This document shows positions 35,829 to 46,185 of a stretch of 64,000 nt of DNA, one piece after another. Origin of the DNA: an uncultured Lachnospiraceae bacterium (GTDB lineage Bacteria; Bacillota; Clostridia; Oscillospirales; CAG-272); NCBI GenBank assembly GCA_964564225.1, contig CAZMAF010000001.1:12980-76979 (forward strand). Direction: 5' to 3'. The position numbers were made by a program, and so were the translations under genes. The number at the start of each line of letters is the position of its first letter. Positions within the stretch are counted from its first letter, which is position 1. The notes under the pieces are model-generated. The model had not been told where the DNA came from, did no database searches, and saw nothing but the letters and a program-made list of their open reading frames with translations.

Positions 35829-37204
35829 GTGAGAAGTATCAGGACTATACGGATATTCCAAAGCCGCAGGCATCCGGCGAGGAAATTGTACAGCAAAAAA
35901 AGACCCGTATCATGGATACGGTTGCGAAGATCGTTACTCTTTTGATTGCCTTTTTATTCTGGTTTTACGTTTTCGCCACCAATGATGCGACGAAGGTGGA
36001 GGAAATGAAATTTGAGCTGATTCCGATTGAAATACGGGGCGGCGAGACTATCGCAAGCCGCGATCTTGCCGTTCAGAATATGAGCTTTTTCAATATTGAC
36101 GTTACGCTGAAGGGTACGCGCGGCGCGCTTTCCGGCGTGACAAGCGATGACATTAAGGCGTATATCAATATTTCCGATATAACCGGTCCCGGTGTGTATT
36201 ATCGCACGCTCTATTATGATATTCCCACCGGACTTTCGGATGCGCCGATGGGTACGCGCATGGTGGAAATTACCGTTGATACCATTGCAGAAAAGAGTTT
36301 TTCGCTTGATTACTCAAATGTAGTCATTGATACCTTTGTTCTGCCTGCATCCTGTGAGATTGATTATGAAAATATCGTTCTGAACGTGGCATCTTTGACG
36401 CTCGAAGGTCCGACAATGGTACTTGACCGCATTGAAAATATTAAAATCCTCTCGCGCGAGTCGCTCACGCTTGAAGGCAGTACCACGCTTACGGCTGCGG
36501 TGGAAGCGCTTGATGCGGCGGGTGACGTTGTAAACATTTCCTCCTGTAAGGTGGTTATGCTGACGAAAAGCGGAGTGATTCTCAGTACCCTTACCGTGAC
36601 GGTGCCGATCTATCAAACAAAGACGTTACCCGTTGTCATTTACGATAAAGACGGACTTACTGATAAGGACGTTTCGGTATTCCCCGCCTCTGTTACCGTG
36701 CGCGGCACGCCGGAGGAAATGAACGATATGACGTCGTTTACGCTTGACAGCTTTTCTGTGCAAACGCTTCTTGCGGGCGAGGACGGAACGGCGAGTTTTC
36801 AGGTGTCGCTGCCCAAGGCGTATCAGGCATATACGGTGACGGATGCGGATGGCAATGCGATTGATAGCTTTACCGTAACAGTGGCGCTTTCCGAGGAAAA
36901 GACCTTGACTTTTCCCGCGTCCTGTATCAAGACGGTAGGCGGTACGGTCGGGATCGTAAGCGAGAGCGTAGCGATCACTTTCCGTGCGACGGACGGTAAT
37001 GAAGATCTGCTTACCCAGCTGTTATTGGCTGCGGAAAAAGGTGAAGACGTTGTTTCGCTTGTTGCCGACGTTGACGGTATAAAGCTGACAGGGGAGCAAG
37101 AGGTTAAGCTTATGATTGTTCTTTTGGGTGAATATAAAACGAAGATATACGAAGTGCTTGCCGAAGGTAAGCCGTATACCGTAACAGTGAAGCCGATCAG
37201 TTGA
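35825..37204 (+). CDS. cdaR: CdaR (YbbR-domain) regulator of CdaA
   Basis: 459 aa. Overlaps the cdaA stop. One TM helix followed by repeated YbbR-like beta domains. Confidence 0.8.
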   Translation: MSEKYQDYTDIPKPQASGEEIVQQKKTRIMDTVAKIVTLLIAFLFWFYVFATNDATKVEEMKFELIPIEIRGGETIASRDLAVQNMSFFNIDVTLKGTRGALSGVTSDDIKAYINISDITGPGVYYRTLYYDIPTGLSDAPMGTRMVEITVDTIAEKSFSLDYSNVVIDTFVLPASCEIDYENIVLNVASLTLEGPTMVLDRIENIKILSRESLTLEGSTTLTAAVEALDAAGDVVNISSCKVVMLTKSGVILSTLTVTVPIYQTKTLPVVIYDKDGLTDKDVSVFPASVTVRGTPEEMNDMTSFTLDSFSVQTLLAGEDGTASFQVSLPKAYQAYTVTDADGNAIDSFTVTVALSEEKTLTFPASCIKTVGGTVGIVSESVAITFRATDGNEDLLTQLLLAAEKGEDVVSLVADVDGIKLTGEQEVKLMIVLLGEYKTKIYEVLAEGKPYTVTVKPIS

Positions 37205-38847
37205 TGACGTATACGCTTTTACTGCAAAATATCAAAATCCCGCTTTCCCTTGTGGGAAGGCGGGATTATGACAGGGAAGCGCTTTCTCTTGCGAAAAAGA
37301 AGCTTTCCTCGGTCGGTCTTGCGCCGACTTTCCTGAATATTTCCAAGCGTTCCGTCGATGCCCGTAAGAAAAACGCGGTTTCCTATCTGTATTCGGTGGC
37401 GGCGACGGTGGAGTTTTTACCGTCTGAAGATACGCTTGCAAAGCTTTCTGCTGTTATTCTTGAAAAGGCGACCTATGCACCCAAGATTGGAACGGCGCTT
37501 CTTTCGGCGCGCCCCTGTGTTATAGGTTTTGGACCTGCGGGCATGTTTGCCGCTCTTGCGCTTGCTGAGCGCGGTTACCGTCCCGTTGTTCTTGAACGCG
37601 GCGCTTCGATTGCCGAGCGCGAGCGGGACGTTCTGGATTTTGTTGAAAACGGTTTACTGCATACCGAGTCGAATATTCAGTTCGGCGCGGGCGGCGCGGG
37701 GACTTTTTCTGATGGCAAGCTTGTAACGCGCAAAAATGATCCTTTGTGCGCTTACGTTCTTGCCCGGCTTGTGGAGTTCGGTGCGCCTTCTGATATTCTG
37801 ACGAATGCCAAGCCCCATATCGGAACGGATATTTTAAAAAAGGTTGTCGAGGCAATCGCCGCGCGTATTCTGTCGCTTGGCGGTGAGATTTGTTACCGCA
37901 CGCGCGTGAATGAAATTATTTCCTGTCGCGACGGTGTCGTATTGAAGACCGATTGCGGTGAAATTGCCGCGGGCGCGTGTATTCTTGCCATTGGACATTC
38001 GGCGCGCGATACTTATCGGCATTTATATGAAACGGGGCATACCCTTGTGCCGAAGGCGTTTTCGGTTGGCGTGAGATGCGAGCATTTGGCTAACGATATT
38101 GACGACGCGATGTACGGCAAATTTGCTCCCGTACTTCCGCACGCCGAGTATACGCTATCCTATCGCGAGGGCAATCGCGGCGTATATTCCTTCTGTATGT
38201 GTCCCGGCGGTGAGGTAGTTGCTGCTGCAAGCGAGGCGGAAACCGTTGTGACAAACGGAATGAGTTATCGTGCGCGTGACGGCAAAAACGATAATGCGGC
38301 ACTTTGTCTTTCGGTTTTGCCGGAGGATTACGGCAACGATCCGATGCAGGCAATTGCGTACCAACGAAGGCTTGAGAGAGGGGCATATATCCTTTCAAAG
38401 AAGGCGGGAGGCGAGCCTTATGCCGCGCCCTTTATGACAGTGGGCGATCTGCTTTCGGGAAAGAGCGGGAGTTCTTACGGGAAGGTTGTGCCGAGCTATC
38501 GCGGCGGTAAGGTTGTACCTTGCGATTTTAAAGAATTATTCAGCGAGGCACAGCTTTCGCTTCTTATGACGGGTCTTCGCCGTTTCGGTCGCATAATCAG
38601 CGGTTTTGATGCGCCTTACGCTACCTTGACGGGGGTTGAAACGCGCACCTCCGCTCCTCTTCGCATTCTGAGAGGAGATTCGGGCGAAAGCGTCAGTATG
38701 CCCTGTCTTTATCCCTGCGGAGAGGGCGCGGGTTATGCCGGCGGTATTACTTCTGCCGCTCTTGACGGTCTTCGGATTGCCGCTTCTGTGATCGGCAAAT
38801 TCAAGCCGGTCGAATCTATGGAAAGTGATAAAATCAATGAACAGTAA
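37204..38847 (+). CDS. FAD-dependent oxidoreductase (COG2509-type)
   Basis: The ATG overlaps the cdaR TGA. GFGPAGMFAALALAERG dinucleotide-binding motif and a C-terminal GEGAGYAGGI motif. Confidence 0.8.
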   Translation: MTYTLLLQNIKIPLSLVGRRDYDREALSLAKKKLSSVGLAPTFLNISKRSVDARKKNAVSYLYSVAATVEFLPSEDTLAKLSAVILEKATYAPKIGTALLSARPCVIGFGPAGMFAALALAERGYRPVVLERGASIAERERDVLDFVENGLLHTESNIQFGAGGAGTFSDGKLVTRKNDPLCAYVLARLVEFGAPSDILTNAKPHIGTDILKKVVEAIAARILSLGGEICYRTRVNEIISCRDGVVLKTDCGEIAAGACILAIGHSARDTYRHLYETGHTLVPKAFSVGVRCEHLANDIDDAMYGKFAPVLPHAEYTLSYREGNRGVYSFCMCPGGEVVAAASEAETVVTNGMSYRARDGKNDNAALCLSVLPEDYGNDPMQAIAYQRRLERGAYILSKKAGGEPYAAPFMTVGDLLSGKSGSSYGKVVPSYRGGKVVPCDFKELFSEAQLSLLMTGLRRFGRIISGFDAPYATLTGVETRTSAPLRILRGDSGESVSMPCLYPCGEGAGYAGGITSAALDGLRIAASVIGKFKPVESMESDKINEQ

Positions 38848-40954
38848 ATGGATCTTGAAAAACGGTTTTGGCGAGGATGCGCCCGAGGTGCTTCTTTTGC
38901 GGGAAACACTTGGTATTTCGTCGGTAACGGCGCGGCTTCTCTGTCAGCGCGGCTATACCGATCCCGCTCTTGCCAAAAAGTTTTTGTTTGAGGAGGGCGA
39001 GTTTCATTCTCCTTTTTTAATTCCCGATATGGAAAAGGCAGTCGAGCGTATCGAGCGCGCTATACAAGATCGCGAAAAAGTCGTGATTTACGGCGATTAC
39101 GACGTGGACGGCGTGACTTCGGTGAGCGTTCTTACGCTTTATCTTAAGGCGCGCGGTCTGAAAACGGAGTATTACATTCCTTCGCGTAACGGTGAGGGTT
39201 ACGGTATGAATAACGCTGCCATTGATAAGCTTCACGAAAGCGGTGTCAGTCTGATGATCACCGTTGACACGGGTGTGACGGCGATCGACGAGGTAGCGTA
39301 CGCTTCCTCGCTCGGTATGGATACCGTTGTGACTGACCATCACGAGTGTCAGGCGGTATTGCCCGATGCTTATGCCGTTGTCAATCCCAGACGGCACGAC
39401 AGCGTTTATCCGTTTAAGGAGCTTGCAGGCGTTGGCGTGGTTTTCAAGCTGATCTCTGCCTGTGAGCTTTCGCACGCAAGGAGCGAAGAAGAAAAGAATA
39501 CGCTGATGGAGTCGCTTTGTGCGCGTTACGTTGATCTTGTGGCAATGGGTACGGTGGCAGACGTTATGCCTCTTGTGGATGAAAACCGTCTGCTTGTGAA
39601 AAAGGGGCTTGCTATTATGAATAGCTGTCCGAGAATGGGTCTTTCGGCGCTTCTTGCGGCGGCATCGGGCGGCGAGCGCAAAACGGCGGCTATTACCGCC
39701 ACGACGATCAGCTTTACGGTAGCGCCCCGTATCAATGCGGCGGGCAGAATTGACTCTGCCGAGCGTGCGGCGCGCTTGTTTTTAACCGATTATCCTGCTG
39801 AAGCCGAGAAGATCGCCGTCGAGCTTTGCGAGATCAATCGCGCCCGTCAGGCGGAGGAAAATCGTATTATCGAGGAAGCGGAGGCGAAGATCGCCGCTGA
39901 ATGCGATCTTGAGAACGACCGTGTGATCGTGCTTGCCGACGACGGATGGCATCACGGCGTTATCGGAATTGTTGCTTCGCGTATTACCGAGCGCTACGGA
40001 TTACCCTCAATTCTCATTTCCTTTGACGGCGATATCGGCAAGGGGAGCGGCAGAAGCGTAAAGGGCTTGAATCTTGTCGAAGCCCTGACCGATTCTGCTG
40101 AATATCTCATTAAGTTCGGCGGTCATGAGCTTGCCGCCGGGCTTTCGGTTGAGCGCGGTCGTATTGACGATTTCCGCCATCATCTTAACGATTACGTGAA
40201 GTCGCATTTCGGTGACGGTGAGAGCGGCGCCGGAGTTGAAGTTGATTGTGAGATCTCGCTTGACGACGTTACGCTTTCGCTTGCCGAAGATCTTTTCAAG
40301 CTTGAGCCCTTCGGCATTGCCAATCCTTCTCCTGTCTTTTTGCTTTCGGGAATTATCCTTCGCGGCGTGATGCCGCTTGGCGAAAAGCATGCCCGTTTTC
40401 TCATTGCCAAAGAAAACTGTCAGGCATCGGCGCTGCGCTTTGGCAGGAGCCGTTCGGAGCTTGAATATTATGGCGGTGATACCGTTGATCTGCTTGTACA
40501 GGTTTCCGTCAATGAATTTCGCGGTACGCGCTCGGCGCAGATGATCGTTAAGGATATGCGGCTATCCGAAGAAAGCTTTGCTATTTCGGACGATGATCGC
40601 CGCCGTTTTGAAGAACTGATGAACGGCGCGCCTTTTGATAAAAGCGAGGATATTTTGCCGACACGCGACGATATTGCGCCGATTTATCTTTGGTTCAAAC
40701 GCCATTATGGGAATACCAAGGACGATATTACGGGTGTCCGAGAGCTTCTTTCACAATTTTCGGGCAATGCGCGTATGAACTACGTCAAGCTTCGTGTGAT
40801 TCTTAAAATTCTTGATGAATGCGGTATCGTAGCGATCAGCTATTCGGGTGAAAACGGTGAAAATATCCGTTATGCCGTGAATTACGTCAAAAATAAGGTC
40901 GATACCGAGCGCGCACCGACCTATACGAAATTAAAGCAGCAAATGATGAAATAA
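38837..40954 (+). CDS. recJ: Single-stranded-DNA-specific exonuclease RecJ
   Basis: DHH motifs (GDYDVDG, VVTDHHE) and DHHA1 (GGHELAAG). Confidence 0.9.
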   Translation: MNSKWILKNGFGEDAPEVLLLRETLGISSVTARLLCQRGYTDPALAKKFLFEEGEFHSPFLIPDMEKAVERIERAIQDREKVVIYGDYDVDGVTSVSVLTLYLKARGLKTEYYIPSRNGEGYGMNNAAIDKLHESGVSLMITVDTGVTAIDEVAYASSLGMDTVVTDHHECQAVLPDAYAVVNPRRHDSVYPFKELAGVGVVFKLISACELSHARSEEEKNTLMESLCARYVDLVAMGTVADVMPLVDENRLLVKKGLAIMNSCPRMGLSALLAAASGGERKTAAITATTISFTVAPRINAAGRIDSAERAARLFLTDYPAEAEKIAVELCEINRARQAEENRIIEEAEAKIAAECDLENDRVIVLADDGWHHGVIGIVASRITERYGLPSILISFDGDIGKGSGRSVKGLNLVEALTDSAEYLIKFGGHELAAGLSVERGRIDDFRHHLNDYVKSHFGDGESGAGVEVDCEISLDDVTLSLAEDLFKLEPFGIANPSPVFLLSGIILRGVMPLGEKHARFLIAKENCQASALRFGRSRSELEYYGGDTVDLLVQVSVNEFRGTRSAQMIVKDMRLSEESFAISDDDRRRFEELMNGAPFDKSEDILPTRDDIAPIYLWFKRHYGNTKDDITGVRELLSQFSGNARMNYVKLRVILKILDECGIVAISYSGENGENIRYAVNYVKNKVDTERAPTYTKLKQQMMK

Positions 40955-40992
40955 AGGACTTTCTACCGAGGGTCAATAAAGAGGTGACGACT

Positions 40993-43197
40993 ATGTATGG
41001 AGCGATTGCCAAGCTGGTAATGACGCTTGACGACAACAACCGTTCATACGACATGAATAAGATCAAGCGCGCGTATAAATATGCGTACCGTTTGCACGAC
41101 GGGCAGTTCCGCATCAGCGGCGAGCCTTATATTATGCATCCGATTGCCGTTGCCGAGATTGTGGCATCGCTTGGTCTTGATACCGATTCGGTTTGCGCCG
41201 CGCTTTTACACGATACCGTTGAGGACTGCGGATCGAAGATCTCACTTGATATTATCAAAAAGGAATTCGGTGACTCGGTTGCTCAGCTTGTTGACGGTTT
41301 GACAAAGCTCGTGCAGATTCCCTTTGACGATAAAGAAGAGGAGCATATGGAAAACCTTCGCAAGATGTTTCTTGCGATGGCAAAGGACGTGAGAGTTATT
41401 TTCATTAAGCTCTGCGACCGCCTTCATAATATGCGTACCCTGAACGTCAAAACCGATCAGAAGCGCCGTATCACCGCTCTTGAAACGATGCAGGTCTACG
41501 CGCCTCTTGCTCACAGACTCGGTATGCAGCGTATCAAGCAGGAACTTGAAAATCTTTCGCTTCGCTATCTTGACCCCATCGGTTACGATGAGGTCAGTGA
41601 GGATATTGAAAACAAATACGGACAGAATATCGACTTTATCGCTCGTACCAAAGCGGTGCTTCTCGATAAGCTTTATGAAAACGGACTGTCTTTTATCATA
41701 GACGGACGTGTTAAAAGTGTATACAGTATCTACCGTAAAATGTTTTCGCAGAATAAATCTTTTGATGAGATTTATGACTTTTACGCTTTCCGTATTATTA
41801 CCAACGATGATATTGAATGCTATACTGTTCTCGGTATCATTCACGATGCCTTCAAGTCGATGCCGGGACGTTTTAAAGATTATATTTCTACCCCGAAGCC
41901 CAATATGTATCAGTCGCTTCATACTACGGTAATCGGACGTGACGGTATACCCTTTGAGGTACAGATCCGTACCAAAAAGATGCACCAGATCGCAGAATAC
42001 GGTGTGGCGGCGCACTGGAAATACAAATCGGGTATCAAGGAATCGGACGAGAGCTTTGATGAAAAGCTCCGCTGGATCTCCAAGCTGATCGAAAGCGAGG
42101 AGGGAACGCACGACTCTGAAGAATTTATGCGCGCTTTAAAAGTGGACATCGTTCAGGATGAAATTTTTGTCTTTACGCCCAAGGGGGATGTGATCACACT
42201 TCCGCAGGGTGCGACGCTTATCGACTTTGCTTATGCGATTCACTCGGCAGTCGGCAATAAAATGGTGGGTGCGAAGATTAACGGTATTATTGCGCCGATT
42301 GATCGTATTCCTGAAAACGGCGATATCGTGCAGATCATCACCTCGGCTTCCTCGCGCGGTCCTTCGCGTGACTGGTTGAAGATCGTGAAGACGGGCGAAG
42401 CGCGCTCCAAGATCCGTCAGTGGTTTAAAAAGGAGCGCCGTGCTGAGAATATTCTTGTAGGTAAGGCGGAAATTGAGCGCGAGTTCAAAAAATACAAACG
42501 TCCTTATACGCCTGCTCAGCGTGATGAAATTCTCGAAAATGTCATCCACCGTCTTGGCATTGCTTCGGTTGAGGATCTTTTCAACACGATTGGTTTCGGC
42601 GGTATGGCGGTGTCGAAGATATCGGTCAAATTGCGCGACGAGTTTGATCGCGTGGTGGGCGTGGAAGAAGAACCCAGAGAAGAATTAAAGGTCGAAACGA
42701 TTGTCACTAAGCCCCGTAAAAAGAATAAGGGCGGCGTGATCGTTGACGGCGTTGACGGCTGTGAGGTGAAGTTTGCACGATGCTGTAATCCTTTGCCGGG
42801 CGATGAAATTGCCGGCTTCATTACCAAAGGATTTGGCATTTCGATCCATAAGAGCGATTGTCCCAATCTCATTGTTGCTGAAAATAATCCTGAAAACAAG
42901 GGACGTTTTGTGACGGCTTCATGGGAGCAGAATGCAGGCAGAGGCTCGGGGGACGGCAATTTGTTCGAGGCGATCATTCAGGTATTTGCCGAGCAGGATA
43001 TGCTCCTTCTTGCAAATCTGACGATGGCGCTTGCCGAAATGAAGGTGTCCTTACATCAGATCAATACGCAAACCAAGCAAAACGGTATTCTTGTGAATAT
43101 GACGGTTGGCTGCCGTGACATCGACCATTTCAAGTCGATCATGTCGCGCTTAAAATCAATCGCGCACGTGATTGACGTAAAGCGCGGTTATACCTGA
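40993..43197 (+). CDS. relA: Bifunctional (p)ppGpp synthetase/hydrolase RelA/SpoT
   Basis: HD domain (HDTVED), synthetase domain, TGS and ACT regions. The ATG at 40993 follows an AAAGAGG RBS. Confidence 0.95.
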   Translation: MYGAIAKLVMTLDDNNRSYDMNKIKRAYKYAYRLHDGQFRISGEPYIMHPIAVAEIVASLGLDTDSVCAALLHDTVEDCGSKISLDIIKKEFGDSVAQLVDGLTKLVQIPFDDKEEEHMENLRKMFLAMAKDVRVIFIKLCDRLHNMRTLNVKTDQKRRITALETMQVYAPLAHRLGMQRIKQELENLSLRYLDPIGYDEVSEDIENKYGQNIDFIARTKAVLLDKLYENGLSFIIDGRVKSVYSIYRKMFSQNKSFDEIYDFYAFRIITNDDIECYTVLGIIHDAFKSMPGRFKDYISTPKPNMYQSLHTTVIGRDGIPFEVQIRTKKMHQIAEYGVAAHWKYKSGIKESDESFDEKLRWISKLIESEEGTHDSEEFMRALKVDIVQDEIFVFTPKGDVITLPQGATLIDFAYAIHSAVGNKMVGAKINGIIAPIDRIPENGDIVQIITSASSRGPSRDWLKIVKTGEARSKIRQWFKKERRAENILVGKAEIEREFKKYKRPYTPAQRDEILENVIHRLGIASVEDLFNTIGFGGMAVSKISVKLRDEFDRVVGVEEEPREELKVETIVTKPRKKNKGGVIVDGVDGCEVKFARCCNPLPGDEIAGFITKGFGISIHKSDCPNLIVAENNPENKGRFVTASWEQNAGRGSGDGNLFEAIIQVFAEQDMLLLANLTMALAEMKVSLHQINTQTKQNGILVNMTVGCRDIDHFKSIMSRLKSIAHVIDVKRGYT

Positions 43198-43228
43198 TAA
43201 TTTTTTGAAAACAGAGGAATGATAACCT

Positions 43229-43687
43229 ATGAAAGCGGTAGTTCAGCGTGTAACTTATGCAAAAGTAACGGTGGAGGGCAAGGTGACAGGCGAGATCGGT
43301 CAAGGTCTTGCCATCCTTCTCGGTGTAGCGGAGGGCGATACCGAGCTTGATGCCGATCTGCTTGCTCCGAAAATTGCGAAGCTTCGCATTTTTTGCGATG
43401 AAAATGATAAAATGAATCTTTCACTTCTTGATATCGGGGGAGGCGCAATCGTGGTATCGCAGTTTACCCTGATGGCAAATTATAAAAAAGGCAACCGTCC
43501 CGATTATCTTGCGGCGGCAGCTCCTGATGAGGCAAACCGTCTTTATGAGTATTTTATCGGGGAATTTGAGAAAAATCTCGGAAAAAAAGTCGGCCGCGGT
43601 GTTTTTGGGGCGGATATGGCGTATGAGATCCATAACGACGGTCCCGTTACCATCGTGATGGACAGCGACGTGTTAAAGAAAAAGTAA
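43229..43687 (+). CDS. dtd: D-aminoacyl-tRNA deacylase
   Basis: 152 aa. MKAVVQRV..., SQFTL and NDGPVT motifs. Confidence 0.95.
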   Translation: MKAVVQRVTYAKVTVEGKVTGEIGQGLAILLGVAEGDTELDADLLAPKIAKLRIFCDENDKMNLSLLDIGGGAIVVSQFTLMANYKKGNRPDYLAAAAPDEANRLYEYFIGEFEKNLGKKVGRGVFGADMAYEIHNDGPVTIVMDSDVLKKK

Positions 43688-43706
43688 GTCAAAAGGATTG
43701 TAACGT

Positions 43707-45200
43707 ATGAAGCTGATTTTAAATACCGACGTCAATATGAATTATATTCAGGCGCTTTGTATGATCTTCTTTCCGGGCGCGAAATTTGCACAGGATGAGG
43801 AGATTACCGAGGAAACGCCGATCGTATCGGTTTCTTCTGTACACGGTGAGGATGGCAGTATTTCTGCTCAGGCAACCATTACCATCGGTTCGCAAAGCGC
43901 GTCGGGTGAATTTACCCAGCCTTTGAAAAGCGGTATTGATGAAAAGCGCGCGGGCAAGATTGCCGTTGGTAAGGCGGTATTCCGTGCAGGCGAGGTCTTT
44001 TTCGGCCATACGCCCTCGTGGGGCATTATGACGGGCATTCGTCCTGCCAAGATCGCGGGGGAATTGTACGAGCAGTACGAGGGCAGTGAGTTTCATGTCA
44101 GAAAGGCGCTTCGCCACGAGTATTTTCTCAATCCCAAAAAGGCATCGCTTCTCACTGATATTATTGTCAATGAAAAAAAGATCATATCAAATCTGAAGCC
44201 TGATTCTTGCAGCGTGTATATTTCCATTCCGTTTTGTCCGACACGCTGTGCCTACTGTTCCTTTGTGTCCTATGCGACAAAACGGTTGCATTCGCTTATT
44301 CCTGAATATTTGGAGCGATTGCTGTTAGACCTTGACCGTGTATTTCGCATCATCAAAGAGAAAAAGCTGACCGTTACAACGGTCTATATCGGGGGCGGAA
44401 CACCCACGACTCTTGACGAAGATCAGATGATGAGAATTCTTGATAAGCTGGCAGAGCATATTGATATTTCGTCGCTTGAGGAATTTACTTGCGAGGCGGG
44501 ACGTCCCGATACCATCACTGAAGCGAAGATGAGGCTGCTGTGCGAGGCGGGCGTTACGCGCGTGAGCATCAATCCGCAGACATTAAACGACGAGGTGCTG
44601 TTACGGATCGGTCGCCGTCATACGAGTGAGGATTTTTTCAAAGCCTATGATATTGCAAGGAATTCCGGCATACAGTATATCAATACCGACCTCATTGCCG
44701 GGCTTCCCGGTGATACGTATCGCAGTTTTTCGAGGAGCGTTGAGAACATTCTGAAGATTCGTCCCGATAATTTAACCATTCACACCTTTTGCATTAAAAA
44801 AAGCGCCGATATGGCGCAGGAAGGCGGTTTTAACAGCTATGCGATTACCAGCGGCGAGGCACAGAAGAGTGTCGATTATTCGCAGATCAAGGCAAAGCTG
44901 GCAGGTTACGTGCCCTATTATATTTACCGACAGAAGAATACGGTAGGCAATCTTGAAAACGTCGGCTTTTCACTGCCGGGCGCGGAGGGACTGTATAACG
45001 TACTGATTATGGAGGAGCTTCACCATATCTTTGCGGTGGGCGCGGGTTCGGTTACAAAGCTTGTATCGCGCGAAAACGCTAAGATTGAGCGTACCTTTAT
45101 GCCGAAATATCCCTTTGAATATCTGAAAATATCTGACAAAGAGTTTGAAGAGCAGTATACCGATAAGATCAAGTGCTTTTTTGATACGTATGTAAACTGA
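43707..45200 (+). CDS. HemN/HemZ-family radical SAM protein (coproporphyrinogen dehydrogenase-like)
   Basis: 497 aa. CPTRCAYCSF cluster motif and GGGTPT. Confidence 0.8.
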   Translation: MKLILNTDVNMNYIQALCMIFFPGAKFAQDEEITEETPIVSVSSVHGEDGSISAQATITIGSQSASGEFTQPLKSGIDEKRAGKIAVGKAVFRAGEVFFGHTPSWGIMTGIRPAKIAGELYEQYEGSEFHVRKALRHEYFLNPKKASLLTDIIVNEKKIISNLKPDSCSVYISIPFCPTRCAYCSFVSYATKRLHSLIPEYLERLLLDLDRVFRIIKEKKLTVTTVYIGGGTPTTLDEDQMMRILDKLAEHIDISSLEEFTCEAGRPDTITEAKMRLLCEAGVTRVSINPQTLNDEVLLRIGRRHTSEDFFKAYDIARNSGIQYINTDLIAGLPGDTYRSFSRSVENILKIRPDNLTIHTFCIKKSADMAQEGGFNSYAITSGEAQKSVDYSQIKAKLAGYVPYYIYRQKNTVGNLENVGFSLPGAEGLYNVLIMEELHHIFAVGAGSVTKLVSRENAKIERTFMPKYPFEYLKISDKEFEEQYTDKIKCFFDTYVN

Positions 45201-45236
45201 GAAAAAAGAATAGGATGCACAGAGAGAGGAAAGAAA

Positions 45237-46163
45237 ATGGATCCGATTATTTCAATTTCTTATTATTTTAAATCATCTGACGAGGAAAAGAATTTTATTT
45301 TGTCTTGTGAGGACAATTTTAATCGACAAATTGAGGACTGTGCTGATCGAATTTTAGCGAGTAAAACGCATTTTGTGATGCTGTCCGGACCGTCCTGTTC
45401 GGGTAAGACTACTGCCTCAAGCCGTATCGTCTCTGCCTTTTCTCAAAAGGGTGTAAGGGTTAAGGTTATTTCGATTGACGATTTTTACCTGAGTCGCGCG
45501 CTTCTTGAAAAACGCGCCAAGGAGGCGGGGCAACCGATTGATTTTGATTCGCCCACTACCATTGATCTTGAAGGATTGAAGGAAGCGATGCTTGCGCTTC
45601 GGGAACGTCGTATGGCGATGCTTCCGCATTATTCTTTTAAAACGGGTGAGCGTGACCGCACAGATGCGTTTGATGCTTCGACGGCAGATATGTACCTTTT
45701 TGAGGGTATTCAGGCGATTTATCCCGAGGTGCTTGCGCTTCTTGGCAATGAACCCTATTTTTCGGTGTATATCCGTCCTGCAAGCTCAATTGCGGCAGGA
45801 GGGGAGCTTTTTGAGTCGCATGAGCTTCGTTTTGCAAGACGTCTTGTGCGTGACTTTCGGTATCGCGCGGCTCAGCCCGATACAACCTTTATGCTTTGGG
45901 AAGGGGTACGCGCCAACGAAAAGCAGTATCTTGAGCCTGTTGAATACGACGTTGATTTTCGTATTGATTCGACGATGGGCTATGAGCCTGCCATGATTCG
46001 CGATCTTTACCTTGCCTATCTTGCGGTGGTAAAGGAAGACTCACCTTATTACGAAAAAGCGAAGCTTCTGATGACGGAATACGATCACGTACCGTCAATT
46101 TCGTCGGATTTTCTGCCTGATGATTCCATCTTCCGCGAGTTTATCGGGAAACGGGGAGAATGA
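45237..46163 (+). CDS. Uridine-kinase-like P-loop nucleoside kinase family protein
   Basis: 308 aa. Walker A GPSCSGKTT and an ISIDDFY segment. Confidence 0.65.
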   Translation: MDPIISISYYFKSSDEEKNFILSCEDNFNRQIEDCADRILASKTHFVMLSGPSCSGKTTASSRIVSAFSQKGVRVKVISIDDFYLSRALLEKRAKEAGQPIDFDSPTTIDLEGLKEAMLALRERRMAMLPHYSFKTGERDRTDAFDASTADMYLFEGIQAIYPEVLALLGNEPYFSVYIRPASSIAAGGELFESHELRFARRLVRDFRYRAAQPDTTFMLWEGVRANEKQYLEPVEYDVDFRIDSTMGYEPAMIRDLYLAYLAVVKEDSPYYEKAKLLMTEYDHVPSISSDFLPDDSIFREFIGKRGE

Positions 46164-46185
46164 CCTGTAACAAGGAGGACTGTTT

